Part shown: piece by piece, positions 25,001 through 36,200 of the stretch
Numbering within the stretch: the first letter of the stretch is position 1
Layout of the letters: every line of letters starts with the position of its first letter
NCBI RefSeq assembly: GCF_030144855.1
Contig: NC_082718.1
Coordinates: 90,210,001 to 90,274,000, forward strand
Direction: 5' to 3'
Source: Hypanus sabinus
Lineage: Eukaryota
Length of the DNA stretch: 64,000 bases
The notes under the pieces: generated by a model
Databases searched by the model: none
What the model was told of the DNA's origin: nothing
Seen by the model: only the letters and a program-made list of their open reading frames with translations
Made by a program: the position numbers and the translations under genes

Positions 25001-27162
25001 GCACACTCACCCCTCCTTTTTATTTCTATAAGAGACCAAAGATCTTAGCTTATCCTAGCTGAATATCCACATTTTTTTAAAAAACATACAAGTGGGAAAA
25101 GCACAGAAGCAATGGGGCATGCCAGAACAGTCCTGTTTTATGGGTCTCGGGTAACAGATAGAAGTGGGAAATGTGGGGTTAAGTCACAGATTAGAGGCTG
25201 TAGAAGGAAGCTCTTCCGACGGAATTCATTCAGTCTTCACATTGTTACCATTGGGAAGGAGGTACTGGAGCCTATTTCGAAATGGACATTGAACCCATGA
25301 ACACTACCTCACTACTTTGTTTATTTTGTGCTACTTATTTTAACTTAACAATATATATATATTCTAATTCAGTTTTTTCCTCTATATTTAATTACCATAG
25401 ATTTCATTGTACTGCTACCATTAACAAATTTCTTGAAATATGCTGATGATATTAAATCTGATTCTAATATGATCCCCAGTCATCTCTACCTATTCCCCAA
25501 TTTCTATGCTAGCTATCTCGCCTCTCCACTCTGTCGTCATGCAGGGTTTCAACCTGAAATGTTAATAATTTTTTTTTCCATCCACAAATGTTGCATGATG
25601 TTGGATTTTGACATTTTTAATCCAAGGTTCTTTTAGAAATTAGGGAAGGGGCACAAAACTTGATGCTTCACAGTCATTTTAAGCATTAATAGAACAAAAA
25701 GAATTGAAATAGAGATGTGGTAAATGAAGAGAGGGAGCAACAAAGGATCAAATAACACCTGTTTTACAGACAGCATAATTCATCTCTGGAACAATGCTAA
25801 ATTTTGTCTGATTGTATTTAAAGAAGAAATGCTCTTTAATAGATTGTAATATTGCTATGAACACCCAAAATGGATAACAGGTGATCAGGTGTACATGCAT
25901 GTGAGGGCATCATCTTGTACTATATCTTTGTAGGTCTTCTGATAAGGAAACGGAATAATTGCTGGATATTATGAGCCATTTAAGCTAAACAAAAGCAAAT
26001 TTTAGTGAACTGTTTAATATGTCTAGATTCTAAATGAACTTGGTTGAGTCATGTGATTTACTTCTGATGTACAAGATTCAATTTACCAGAATTTAAAAGT
26101 TATATAATAACAACTAATATAAAATGGTATATTGCTAGGCATGTGGTATCTTTTAAAATGTATTCCTAATAACATGTAATTTAATTTATTTATATCAATG
26201 TAATTGCAGAAAACAAATTATGAAAGTATTCAGCAAACAGCAAGGAGCATTGCAGAGCAGGCTCATGAACTAGCTTATGACCCAAATTATATGTCACCAT
26301 TTGCACAGTTTGCTTGTGATAATGGACTGAATGTACGAGGTAAGTAGATATTGGTGTGAAATATTGGTGCAGAAACAATTGGAATTAATACTTCTAAGTT
26401 TTGTGCACAAACAGTATTTGAGGGTTGAAAGAAGTATCTTACATACACCATGGGGGTTCAACCGTGCAGATTTGGTAGATGGAGATTATTCTGATTTTGT
26501 CCATAACCCCAACAGATTCTGGTGTTTTCATGCCGTGCATTAGTTTTGCTTTGGCATAAGTTTGAAATGCTACACAAATGAGCTTGACAAGTAGTTTTAG
26601 GAATGTACAATATTGTATTCTAACTTTGTATGAATTGGTAATCCCAGCCAAAATAACTGGTTTAAGTGTCTTAAATAATTCATTGTAATCATATTCTGGA
26701 CAATTGTAGAGATCTAGTTTATGCATCCTTGACCTCAATACTTGGGTTTCTGTAGAACACCTGTAGTTTTATTTGCTTCAAGTGGTCAGTTAAATTGTGC
26801 TTTTCAATGACTAGAAAATATAGCTAGAACATCCTCCGTTTTGACAAAATCATTTTAGTTGCTCAGAGGACTAAAAATGAGAAGTTTTATGCTATGACAT
26901 CTGTCTCTGATAACAGCAGAAGCCATTGTTTTTGGGAAGGAATGGGATAAAAATCTTAAGATATAGTCTGTGTCTTAAAGATAGAAGATATACTTAAGTT
27001 TTGTGGTTAAAAAAACTAATATTCCCTGTGGTTATGTTAATAAAATTGATGATTAGCCATCTGGATATTTGCATTGCAATTTTTTTTTGTTGCTTTTTTC
27101 CAGGAGGTAAACCAGATGACATCACTGTTCTACTATCAATAGTAGCGGAATATACAGACTAA
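838..27162 (+). CDS. PPTC7: Protein phosphatase PTC7 homolog (mitochondrial PP2C-family phosphatase), whole spliced CDS: join(838-1039,13942-14121,17068-17266,23180-23303,26210-26339,27104-27162), 894 nt, 297 aa
   Basis: Translation [18 protein letters not shown]...YGDDACF...GVADGVGGW...ANLGDSGF...TATDGLFDN...[19 protein letters not shown] is near-identical to vertebrate PPTC7. All introns are GT-AG and the phases join into one ORF. Confidence 0.97.
2885..3218 (+). mobile_element. Penelope-like element 3' tail (pLTR fragment)
   Basis: Pyrimidine-rich segment, then hammerhead motif, then ...gatgctgcctgacctgctgag...cagcattttttgtgtgtgttgct...ttccagcatctgcag; same tail as 5757-6526. Confidence 0.7.
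3080..3117 (+). ncRNA. Degenerate hammerhead ribozyme motif in Penelope-like tail
   Basis: TAATC-CTGAAGA-A-GGG TTTTGG CCT-GAAA-TATT-GACTC. Confidence 0.5.
3555..3771. mobile_element. Old palindromic (head-to-head) Penelope-like tail pair
   Basis: The left arm (aaataaaaacaaaac...ttaacgtttcag...tcagaa) is a degenerate reverse complement of the right arm (ttctgatga...gaaac...gttttgtttttattt...cagtgtctgc). Confidence 0.55.
4120..4920. mobile_element. Non-LTR-type repeat 3' region interrupted by a (CA)n-tailed SINE-like insert (about 4620-4860, minus)
   Basis: Host sequence ...ctttatggctg resumes as gcctgtaagcagacaaatctcaaggttgtat at about 4869. The insert has a (TC)n(CA)n run and GAGGTCGAGTCGCTAACTCGACACTCAAC, shared with the SINE at 47977-48158. 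Confidence 0.45.
5757..6526 (+). mobile_element. 5'-truncated Penelope-like retroelement (GIY-YIG endonuclease remnant + tail)
   Basis: Decayed frame [40 protein letters not shown] matches the GIY-YIG motif. Flanked by a 14-bp direct repeat with 1 mismatch (TAAGGTTACAGCAG 5743-5756 / TAAGGTAACAGCAG 6527-6540). Confidence 0.85.
6426..6463 (+). ncRNA. Minimal type-I hammerhead ribozyme motif in Penelope-like element tail (core G12 mutated)
   Basis: CAGTC-CTGATGA-A-GGG TCTCAG CCC-AAAA-TGTC-GACTG: stem I CAGTC/GACTG perfect, GUC cleavage triplet, GAAA changed to AAAA. Confidence 0.65.
6650..7196 (+). mobile_element. Rex/Babar-like non-LTR retrotransposon 3' fragment
   Basis: Decayed frame [36 protein letters not shown]; 3' end ...gatgatataaaatctgattctga. 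Confidence 0.7.
8095..8258 (-). mobile_element. V-SINE/HE1-like tRNA-derived SINE (decayed)
   Basis: Core ttgggatgcagtaggaaactgaagcaccttggggaaatgcatgctgtca, homologous to copies at 20636 and 57022. Confidence 0.6.
9362..10335 (-). mobile_element. Rex/Babar-like non-LTR retrotransposon 3' portion
   Basis: ORF 9896-10099(-) [20 protein letters not shown]...[17 protein letters not shown]; 3' tail reads ttcaaagtaaaatttattatcaga on +. Confidence 0.8.
11018..11094 (+). mobile_element. hAT-type mini-MITE (77 bp)
   Basis: TIRs CAGGGTTCCAACC / GGTTTGAACCCCTG; 8-bp flanks ATATAGAA / ATCTAGAA. Confidence 0.7.
11150..12380 (+). mobile_element. CR1-type LINE 3' fragments (older 11150-11690; younger 11715-12380)
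   Basis: ctggtgaggcttcacttggagtattgtgag...ggccccttatcttagaaag...ggagaaggcaggagattggggctgag...ctgctcctatatcttgtggtc. Confidence 0.8.
13942..14121 (+). CDS. PPTC7: PPTC7 exon 2
   Basis: ttttctttcag acceptor; [24 protein letters not shown]...KVPLL; donor GTAAGG; 180 nt. Confidence 0.97.
16005..16808 (-). mobile_element. Non-autonomous Tigger/pogo-type DNA transposon
   Basis: TIRs tagtgaatttgggttaattggg / cccaattaaacggaattcactg followed by TA; internal acidic transposase-tail-like remnant on - (16300-16482). Confidence 0.7.
17068..17266 (+). CDS. PPTC7: PPTC7 exon 3
   Basis: cccttgcag acceptor; [12 protein letters not shown]...[14 protein letters not shown]...FNTPFQLS...LSD; donor GTAAAA; 199 nt. 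Confidence 0.97.
18237..19066 (-). mobile_element. Solo LTR (830 bp, Gypsy-like)
   Basis: Termini TGTTACGAA...TTCGTAACA; 4-bp TSD CATG (18233-18236 / 19067-19070); AATAAA near the 3' end on the minus strand. Confidence 0.85.
19170..20192 (+). mobile_element. Rex/Babar-like 3' end with a CR1 3' fragment (about 19543-20176) inserted into its tail
   Basis: Host tail ...catatgccagcgatATTA is split and resumes ATTAaatctgattc after a CR1 segment (cacttggaatattgtgag...ccttatctaagaaag...tcttatgg). Confidence 0.75.
20636..21010 (-). mobile_element. V-SINE/HE1-like SINE plus a second tRNA-like head
   Basis: ttggactatgggaggaaatcagagcaccctgggg core; B-box-like ggaatcgaacc at about 20943. Confidence 0.6.
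22180..22995. mobile_element. L2/CR1-clade LINE 3' end (+) interrupted by a Rex-like 3' end (-, about 22455-22800)
   Basis: Host ...ggacaagggcagca...cctggaagttgccctccaagtca|...|cttcaatgtcac...cccacgtcccataaatgaataa; the insert is homologous to 9362-9680. Confidence 0.6.
23180..23303 (+). CDS. PPTC7: PPTC7 exon 4
   Basis: tcttcacag acceptor; [41 protein letters not shown]; donor GTATCT; 124 nt. Confidence 0.97.
23557..23998 (-). mobile_element. Penelope-like element 3' part
   Basis: Reverse complement of the 6060-6526 tail type (purine-rich on + strand). A 20-bp direct repeat ATACCAAGGGGC(T/C)GGA(G/A)ACT occurs at 23934 and 23979 at the truncation point. Confidence 0.75.
23615..23652 (-). 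ncRNA. Minimal type-I hammerhead ribozyme motif, intact catalytic core
   Basis: Minus strand CAGTC-CTGATGA-A-GGG TCTTGG CCC-GAAA-TGTT-GACTG. Confidence 0.7.
26210..26339 (+). CDS. PPTC7: PPTC7 exon 5
   Basis: ttgcag acceptor; [43 protein letters not shown]; donor GTAAGT; 130 nt. Not in the supplied ORF track. Confidence 0.96.
27104..27162 (+). CDS. PPTC7: PPTC7 exon 6 (last coding exon)
   Basis: Long polypyrimidine tract + CAG; [22 protein letters not shown] (stop 27160-27162). Confidence 0.96.
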
Positions 27163-29670
27163 TCTCTTCAAAGGCGTGGATACTTTTTACCTAAATATCC
27201 AATTCTACTATTTCCTGCTGGCAGGACATCGTTTCCTTGACTATAACTTCTCAAAAGGCTAGTCATTCTCACGGCACAATTCCTCCTTTGTTCAAGCAAA
27301 AGCTTGATACTTTAACAAAAATGCCAGCAAGATATTCTAAATTATACAAGGGAAAGTAAATGCACGCCTCTTCCAGCAGTACTTCAGTAGGGCAGTAGTT
27401 CAGAAGGGATGTTAGCCTGTTACTTGATGCCTGGGTCTGTAGGAATATTGTGGTTAAATAAATTGTCAATCGTTTGATTAGATGGCATATAAACATGAGG
27501 GCATCAGCAGTAGGATACAGATGAATGCTGTTATAGTTGTTGGGTAATGGAAACTTGCCCTTACAGAATTAACAAATCAGAACCAAGACATCTGAAATAT
27601 AGAATTTGCTCTCAGAATCTGTGGGGAATAAAATAAATATATTTTTAAATTAGTATTTCTTGATGGGACTAAATGATACAGACCATTTTCTAAGAAGACA
27701 TGGAAAAATGCAGGAAGGGGTTGACTGAATTCAACTTTCAAAATTACTTTCTGATGAAAAGCTTAAAATTTTGGGATAATGGCACATGACATTATATCAA
27801 AACCTTTTCCCCTTTACCCAGCTACTGAATGACTTGAATGTTTAATTTCAAATAGTTGAAATTAATTTTGCTTATGGCTGGATGATGTAGAGAACTGTGA
27901 GGGTGGATTAACATAGCTGTTCTGAATGGTTTTGTGTATAGAACAATTGGCTGTAAAATGTTAAGGCATGTAGCCCATGGAGTGATTAAAGCCATGAAGC
28001 CATGTCTAACTTTACATAGTAAATCGGGCAAATTTTGAGGAAGGTGTTTAGTGTAATTTGTTTTACCATCTTCCTATATGGTGGTTACTATTTCATTATG
28101 TATACTGTACATAATACAATTTAATTTATTTACATGTACTATGTACATGTCGATTTCCTATTTAAACATGCTTGTAACAGGCATCTTGTTTGTTTTTTTG
28201 TTAGTCACATAAACTAGAATACTTTGTACTTTCTCACAGGTTTTGCACATTGCTTGCATTTATGTATGGAGGTTGAATTTGAGTTCCTATTATGTTTTTA
28301 CATTCTGGATGTCTGAATGCTTTGAAACAGAATTACTACTTAAATACAGTATTTTGGTGAATGATAGATACTTCTTGTCTGCTTATACTATTATACTTAA
28401 ATTATTCAGGAAACATTTTTATCAGAGCTTGCTAATTTCAGGAAGGATGTGACTTGCTACTAATTTTTTGACTGTAATTTGTTCTGATACTGAAAATAAT
28501 TCAGATTGGAAAATTGTAAAAGCAGTGACGCATTTGCAGCTCACATTAAAATTTAGGAAAAAGTTTTGAGCTGTGGTCTAAATTTTTAAAAAAATGTCCT
28601 TTTTAAATTTAATTCTGTAGTTTACTAAATATCTTCAAATTTCATTCAAGCCAGAATAGAGCTCCAAAACAATTCCATAATGGTCTTCCTCTTATTTCTA
28701 ATTTCAATTTTCTCCGTGGAGTTACTTTATCTGGCTGTGTGCACTGAATTATGTTTTGAATTTTCCTAATTGCTTAATACAACTTTTTGTGTAGATTTCC
28801 CAACAATGCAAAAACAAAGGTAGCAACAGTCCATTATTTGTGTTATTTGTGCTTCTTTGTAGATTGCGCAAGTTTCCACCTTGTTAGAAAATTAATGTAG
28901 TATTGACAATGAGGCCTTACATTTTACCAAAAAAAAAATTGGAGTAGGAGGAGTTGGCAGCTGTGTGTCAGAATCCACTAGAATGATGGTCAAAATGAGC
29001 TTTATTTCAAATGGATATTTTTGTATGAAGTTATCCAAGTATAAACACTTAAGTGTGAAGAAAAACTGCCACACTTAATGGATAATCACAAAATAAAATT
29101 AAATTGTATTATTACCAGTGGGAAAATAAACTTTATGGTCCCAAGTACACACCAAAGACCAGAATGCATTTTCTTCCCTGGCGCAAACTCCACTTTTTTA
29201 AGCAATACTGTACTGATGTTATAAAATACCTGCTTTGGGCTAGTGTTTTAATTTTAGAGTATGTTCTATAATGCACTACTATATTTGAAAGAGATAATGC
29301 TCAACTGAAGCAAATCTCCATATTTTTAAACAAAAAATGCTCCTTGCGCACAAAATAATTGGACAGTTAATGTTTACAGGCCTTTGACAATAAGGCACGC
29401 TAACTTTAATTCTCACAATTATTGTTGAAATTGTGAAAATTCATTGTCCTTCAAGTTTGTTTTGGACTAAACCAAATTTTAATTGGTCTGTGTGGATAAA
29501 TATGTAACTTGGTGAAGGAGTACAATCCCTCCCAATAATGGAGTGTGTTTTGATCATGTAAATTAACTGTAGCTATCATATGCTTCAACTGTAATGTAAA
29601 TGCAGGAATACTTGTGTACATGTTGAAAACTGTCCAGATATTTAATAAAAATATTGGATCTAAACACTTG
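27163..29670 (+). other. PPTC7: Probable PPTC7 3' UTR with several candidate poly(A) signals
   Basis: AU-rich stretch after the stop with no recognisable repeats; AATAAA at 27627, 27632, 29092, 29125 and 29644; TGTACATA at 28106-28113. The 3' end is inferred. Confidence 0.5.
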
Positions 29671-29882
29671 CCTTGTGTGAAAAGTAAGAAATAGCAAGAT
29701 CTCTTCATAGCATAGTTAAAAGCAACATCTATCACTTAACACATTTTTTTACATAAAAATCTATTGTACTGGAAAGAATGGGTGAAGAAATGCATGGGCA
29801 AGTATTGTAATGTCTTACTAATTTGCAGTTTTCAAACTGCTAAAATATGCCCCAAAGTATCATCTGTCGGAAAGTCAGGACT

Positions 29883-30009
29883 AAGGGTCTTGGCCCAAAA
29901 CGTCAACTGTACTTCCTATAGATGCTGCCTGGACTGCTGCGTTCCACCAGCATTTTGTGTGTGTTGCTTGAATTTCCAGCATCTTCCTTGTGTTTCCTTG
30001 TGTTTGCAT
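29883..30009 (+). mobile_element. Penelope-like tail fragment starting inside the hammerhead motif
   Basis: AAGGGTCTTGGCCCAAAACGTCAACTG...gatgctgcctgg...cagcattttgtgtgtgttgct...ttccagcatc. Confidence 0.7.
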
Positions 30010-33000
30010 CTGTAGGAATGGTTGTTGCCCCAACTGTATAGGCATTTGGGACTTGGGACTAATGTTAATCCAGAACTTCTATGTAGCTGTTTGCTTGATA
30101 ATTTCTTCCATGTTCCATTGAACTCCTCTGACGATTCACCAGTAGATTTGATGTACTATTTCATAAAGCAGATTCATTTTGAGGACCAGCAAAAGTAATT
30201 TGCATTTTTAATTTTATTAAGTTAAATACATATAAAACTTATTTCTTGCTTTAGTTGTACACTTGGTTAATCAACCTTACACTTTTAAATTGAATGTTAG
30301 GAAAAAAATCAGTGGGCAGAAGCCCTTGGGGTTGGGTAGAATTGATTAACAAAAGTTTGTAAGAGAACATGTATAACTGGAAAGAACCTTGAGGGGAGTT
30401 AGTTTCCTGGAGGAAGATTACAACATGAGACCTATTCAGCAGAAGATGCAGGACATGAAGCATCAAGCCATATTCCAAATACAACACTGTTCTCAAAATG
30501 CAAATTATAAAACATGTATTAATTTTTTTTGGTTTAACATTGCAGCCCAACCAATACAATTGCCTTAGGACAGTTTATAATTGCACTTTCTGGAATAGGA
30601 TTGCTAGAGAAGATTGCTGGATAAGGCTTATGGTGGTTGGCCCTTAAGAGTGGGTGTTGGGAAGCTTAAGTAGAAAATGGCATGGTCTAAAATAAGCACA
30701 GAATATTCATCATTGTATTCTAGATGCTACATAGAAAGGTAAAAACTAATCAAAACAGGAACAAGAAATAAAAACCAGGAAAAATGTATCAAGACTGCAA
30801 ATGTCTAGTCTAATGTATGACATCGCTAAATGCAAATGGAGATGTAATATTACCAAGAATTATAAAACTTGAAGAGCCATCAACATACTAACACAAATTA
30901 TTTTTTCTTCTGACAACCTTCATTCCACCAAATTATTAATCATAAACATGTAAAGTATTAAAATGTGCTTTAATCAACTTCCCATTTCTGATCCCAGGTT
31001 TTTTCACACCAATGGTTAATACTAACATTCCTCTCTCCCCTCCTCTTCCCCTCCCGCCCTGTACTGCACATCTTCACAAACCAGACAGAAAATACTTAGA
31101 ATATATGTGCCATTCCTTCTGAATACCAAATGTGTTAGGGATATTCTAAAGGATGATTAGATTTGTGTACTTATTTCCAGCATTAGAGATAAGTTTGGAA
31201 TGCTTTCTGTTATTTTAAATTTGGAGACATAACTTCTTGGGAATAAACAGGACTAATTTCCAGGGATGCCTTTATGAAGAAATCCTCCTTCACATTTCAA
31301 ATATTGAAGCACATCCTAGTTCAATATGCCTACCAGCATTATGTGGTCATTATATGCTGTTTACAGTATCAAACACTACATCATTTTATATTTTTAATGT
31401 TGAATGCAATGTTTTCAAGAATAACATTTTTGTAATCTAAACAGTAGCTTAAATTCCAAAAAGAGCTTTGCGCACCAATATATAATTTATTTCAATTACA
31501 ACTTGACATATTCATATTTAGCCAGTTGGTGATTCTAAATACCATACTTAAATATGGATTAGCAAAATTTCAAGGTTAGATACTTGGTTCTTTTTGTCCA
31601 GTTTTTTCCATTTACTATTTAATACTCAGATTTGTCAACTGTCAGAATCCTTGCATGCACTTTTTAAGAGAATAATATGGACTATAAATGCACAGATGCT
31701 GAATATGCAAATAGTCAACTCTTATATTTCATTAATTTTTCATCGACAATATGGATGATACTTTGTGAATAATCTGATGTATTTGAATTCTATTAACTTA
31801 GTAAATTGAATACAATATATAGGCAATAATCTTTTCTGCTGTGCATAACAAACTTAATGCTTCACTGGTAGTGCCAGGCATCATGTGTTATTTTCAGACT
31901 AGGAGTTCTGTATTTCTCTCCCTCTGGCAAAGCCTGTATGCTTAATAGGCTAAGTGGCATCCACTGCTGTAAGCATCACTGATTTGATTTTTAAATATTC
32001 ACAGAAACTGCTTAGTTGCCAAAATTTTCTACAGATTAATTACCTAAATTTTGACAAGCTCAGAACACAAATTCCATGCTTCACAAAACATTTTGGATAC
32101 TTGTTAACAGCTATCTTGTTTTGACTATTACAATCAGACATACTACAGCTCAGTAGAAAAATGATTTGGCAATTCAACATTGAGTGTAAAATTCATAAAC
32201 ATGCTTCCACTAAACCATTTTCCACTAAACTGGTCATCCAGTAAACCATTCATGTATTATGCTGAGATTATAATTGTAATTTGGGACCGTAAGAACATGT
32301 CAACGAATCTCAATAATGAAATTTTAGAAATGCATTGAACCCTGCTAAATTGCTCCAGCAAAAGCTAGATATTGTATTTCCCACCATTTCAAGGACTTAA
32401 ATATACTTGGGTTTAATATAAATAATTTAACATTTTGGTGTACTGTCTCAGTTACTGAAATCTCGCTGCTGTGGGAGTTAGTATGTCTTGAGGGACTACT
32501 GCATGACTTTAAGTACACAGACATGGAAAAAGTGTACAAAAGAACTCACATATTGAGTTTCAAAGATTTACTATAATAAGTTAAACTATTTTTAATAAGT
32601 CCTTTTTATTTCTTTAGTCCCCGAATGGCAGTTTAAGGTTCTACATTAGCTATCTTCCAAAATAGAAAATTTATTGAAACATCACTAAATAGAAAGTTGA
32701 GGTCATGAAAGCAATTGCATAGAAATTTTTTCCAGGTTTCTTGTTAGTCTAAGTATGGATCAAGGGATTCAATTTGCAATAAGTTAACATTTAAATTTGA
32801 TTGATCTACATTTCAAATTTTTTAAAGAAATTTGAACGGCATTCAAAATGGTATCTGCAGGCAGGTAAGAATCCAAACTCATTTTGTACTGTTATGCCCA
32901 AAAAGGATTAATGTAATCAATTGATAACTTGTGGCATTGAACTTGCTATTGTTAATGCTGTAATGCTTTCGAATATGAAAACTGAATTGCTTTCTGCCCT

Positions 33001-33112
33001 TTAACTCATTGAACAGCAGTCTGTATCTTATAGTTGGAACAGCAATAAAGTACTACAAGATTTTTGCTTTAGATGCTTTACTGCCCCTGGGCTTTCGAGA
33101 TCCAGAAACCCT

Positions 33113-33277
33113 TTAGCAAGACATTGCCAAGGCTGCCATTTCTGAATTGATAGAATCTTGCCTGTATTTTCCTTCCTTGATCTCCTCCTCTTCACTGTCA
33201 TTTGCCAGGCACACTAAAGATTGATGACTGTTCTTCTGATATTTAGACAGCACTTCACTGAAGAATAGTGTACACAA
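33113..33277 (-). CDS. RAD9B: RAD9B exon 11 (last coding exon)
   Basis: ttctttcaaaaaaaag|LCTLFFSEV...[14 protein letters not shown]...AMSC-TAA; minus-strand AATAAA candidates at 32675-32670 and 32610-32605. Confidence 0.82.
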   Translation of the reverse strand: MCTLFFSEVLSKYQKNSHQSLVCLANDSEEEEIKEGKYRQDSINSEMAALAMSC

Positions 33278-36200
33278 CTTTTTTTTGAAAGAATACAAAT
33301 ATGATTAATACATACAAATCAAGTGAGTCTTTAAGGTAATAATCTCCATTAACTCCATCTACAAGTTTGCATATGATACTACTGTGGTGAGCTGCTCACA
33401 ATACGATCATATGATATTCACCTTGCAACTTGAAGGAGAGGCTAAGGTCAGGTTACAGTGTAATAAAAGGAATTACAGAGGCACGATAGGGCACCTGGCC
33501 AAAATTGATTGGAAGGGGGTGGTAGTAGGGATGAGGGCAGAGCAGCAATGGCTGGAGTTTCTGGGAGGAATTTGGAAGGTACAGGATGGGTACATCCCAA
33601 ATAAGTAGTATTTTAAAGGCAGGATGACGCAATTGTGCTGTCAAAGCCAAACAGAGGGTATATAATAGAGCAAAAAATTAGTGAGACTAGAGGATTGGAA
33701 AGTTTTTTTAAAAACCAACAGAAGGCAACTAAAAAGTCATAAAGATGGATATGAAGATAAACTAGACAATATTAAAGAGAATACACGATTCTTCAGATAT
33801 GTAAAGAGTAAAAGAGGCGAGATGAGATACTGGACCGGTGGAAAACAATGTTGGAGAGGTAGTAAAGGGGGACAAGGAAATGGTGGATAAACTAAATCAG
33901 TATGTTGCATCTGTCTTCACTGTGGAAGATACTAGCAGTATGCCAAAAGTTCGAAAGTGTCAGGAGGCAGAAGTGAGTGAAGTTGCTATTACTGGGGAGG
34001 TGAGTGAGAAACTGAAAGGTCTGAAGGTAGATATATCACCTGGACCAGATGGTCTGCATCCAGAGTTCTGAAAGAGGTAGCTGAAGAGATTGAGGAGGCA
34101 TTAGTAATGATCTTTCAAGAATCAATAGACCCTGCATGGTTCTGGAGGACTGAAAAATTGCAAATGTCCCTTCATTTTTTCAAGAAGGCAGAAGAAAGGA
34201 AATTATAGGTCAGTTAGTCTGACTCCGTGGCTCGGAAGCTGTGGTTTTGGGGTACGAAGGCAAATGATAAAATAGACCATAATCAGCATGGTTTCCTGAA
34301 GGGAAAATCTTGTCTAACTAATCTGTTGTAAGTAACAAGCAATATAGACAAAGGAGAACCAGTGGGTATGTATATGGATTGTCAGATGGCCTTTGACAAA
34401 GTGCCACACAAGAGGCTGCTTAACAAGATAAGAGCCCATGGTATTGCAGGAAAGACACTATCATCAATATAGCATTGGCTAATTGGCAGGAGGCAAAGAG
34501 TGGGAATACAGGGAGCCTTTTCTGGTTGGCTACCAGTGACTGCTTTTTATATTATGTCAATGATTTGGATGATGCAACTGATGGCCATGTGGCCAAGTTT
34601 GCAGACGATACAAAGATAGGTGGCGAGGCAGCTAGTGTTGAGGAAGCAGAGAGGTTACAGAAGGACTTAGAATTAGAAAAATGGGCAAAGATGGCAGGGA
34701 AGTGCACTTTGGTGAAAGAAATAAAAGTGTAGACTACTATATAAATGGAGAGAAATTTCAAAAATATTAGGTGCAAAGAGACTTTAAAGTCCTTGTGCAG
34801 GATTCCCCAAAGGTTAAGTTTGCTAGTTGAGTTAGTGAGGAAGGCAAATGTTAAGCATTCATTTCAAGAGACTAGAATGCAAAAGCAAGGATATAATGTT
34901 GAGGCCTTATATACCATTGGTGAGGCCTCACTTGGAGTATTGTGAGCAGTTTGGGCCCCTTATCTAAGAAAGAATGTGCTGACATTTGAGAGGGTTCAAA
35001 GGAGGTTCACAAAAAGGCTTATATGAGGAGCATTTGATGGCTCCAGGCCTATACTCACTGGAATTCAGAAGGATGGGTGGGGTGGAATCTCATTAAAACC
35101 TAGTGAATGTTGAAAGGCCTCAATACAGTGGATGGGGAGAAAATGTTTCTTTTGGTGGGGGAGTCTAGGACCTGAGGACACAACCTCAGAATAGAGGGAT
35201 GTCCATTTAGAACAGAGGTGAGGAGGTATTTTTTTTAGAGTGTGGTGAATCTGTGGTATTTGTTGCCAGAGGCAGCTGCGGAGGTCAAGTCACTGGGTGT
35301 ATTTAAGGCACAGATTGATAGATTCTTGATTAGTCTGGGCAAGAAGGGTTTCAGAGAGAAGGCAGGAAATTGGAGCTAAGAGAGAAATGGATCAGCCATG
35401 ATGAAATGGCAGCACAAACTTAGTGAGCCAAAAGGCCTAATTGGGTTCTTATATCTTATGGTCCTGATAATGACTGAGTATAGGAGGGAGATAAACAGCT
35501 TAATAGCATAGGGTTAAGACAACAAACTTTCCCTCAATGTCAGCAAAACCAAAGAGATGGTCACTGACTTCAGGATGGGGGTGGTGCACAAACTCCCATC
35601 CTCCTCAACAGTGCTGTGGTTGAGAACTTCAAGTTCTTAGAAGCAAACATCACCAATAGCCATAGAAAGTACTGTCTGGGTGCACTGCGGCTTGGTATAG
35701 CAACTGCTCTGCACATGTCCTCAAGAAACTGCAGAGAGCTGTGGACATAGCTCAGCACGTCATGGAAACCAGTCTCCCCTCCATGGACTTTCTAAACTTC
35801 TTGTTGCCTCAGTAAAGGAGCCAGCATAATCAAATATCCCACCCACCCTGTACATTCTCTCTTCTACCAGGCAAGAAGTATAAAATGCATGTAAGCATGA
35901 CCCAATAGTCTCAAGGACAGCTTCTACCTATTATAATACTGTGAAATGGTCCCTACAAGAGTCCATTGCATATTAATAGACTCTTGACCTCACAATATAC
36001 AGTGTTATGAATTCATAGCTTATTGTTTAATCTGCACTGCACTTTCTTTGTAGCTATTATACTTTATTCTGCATTGTTTTATGTAATAGATCTGTATGAA
36101 CAGTATGCAAGATGAGCTTTTCACTGAAGCCTTGGTACATGTGACAATAATAAACCAACTCCAGTTCTAAGGAAATACTCCAGGAGCTGTCTTTCTTTTC

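Noticed and set aside
25537-25563. CATGCAGGGTTTCAACCTGAAATGTT as a functional hammerhead
   Set aside because: The CUGA core is lost and stem I cannot form; counted only as a probable decayed relative.
30010-32600. Possible extra gene between PPTC7 and RAD9B (ORFs 30251-30559, 31237-31440)
   Set aside because: AT-rich, no coding-like composition or recognisable exon; treated as intergenic or distal UTR.
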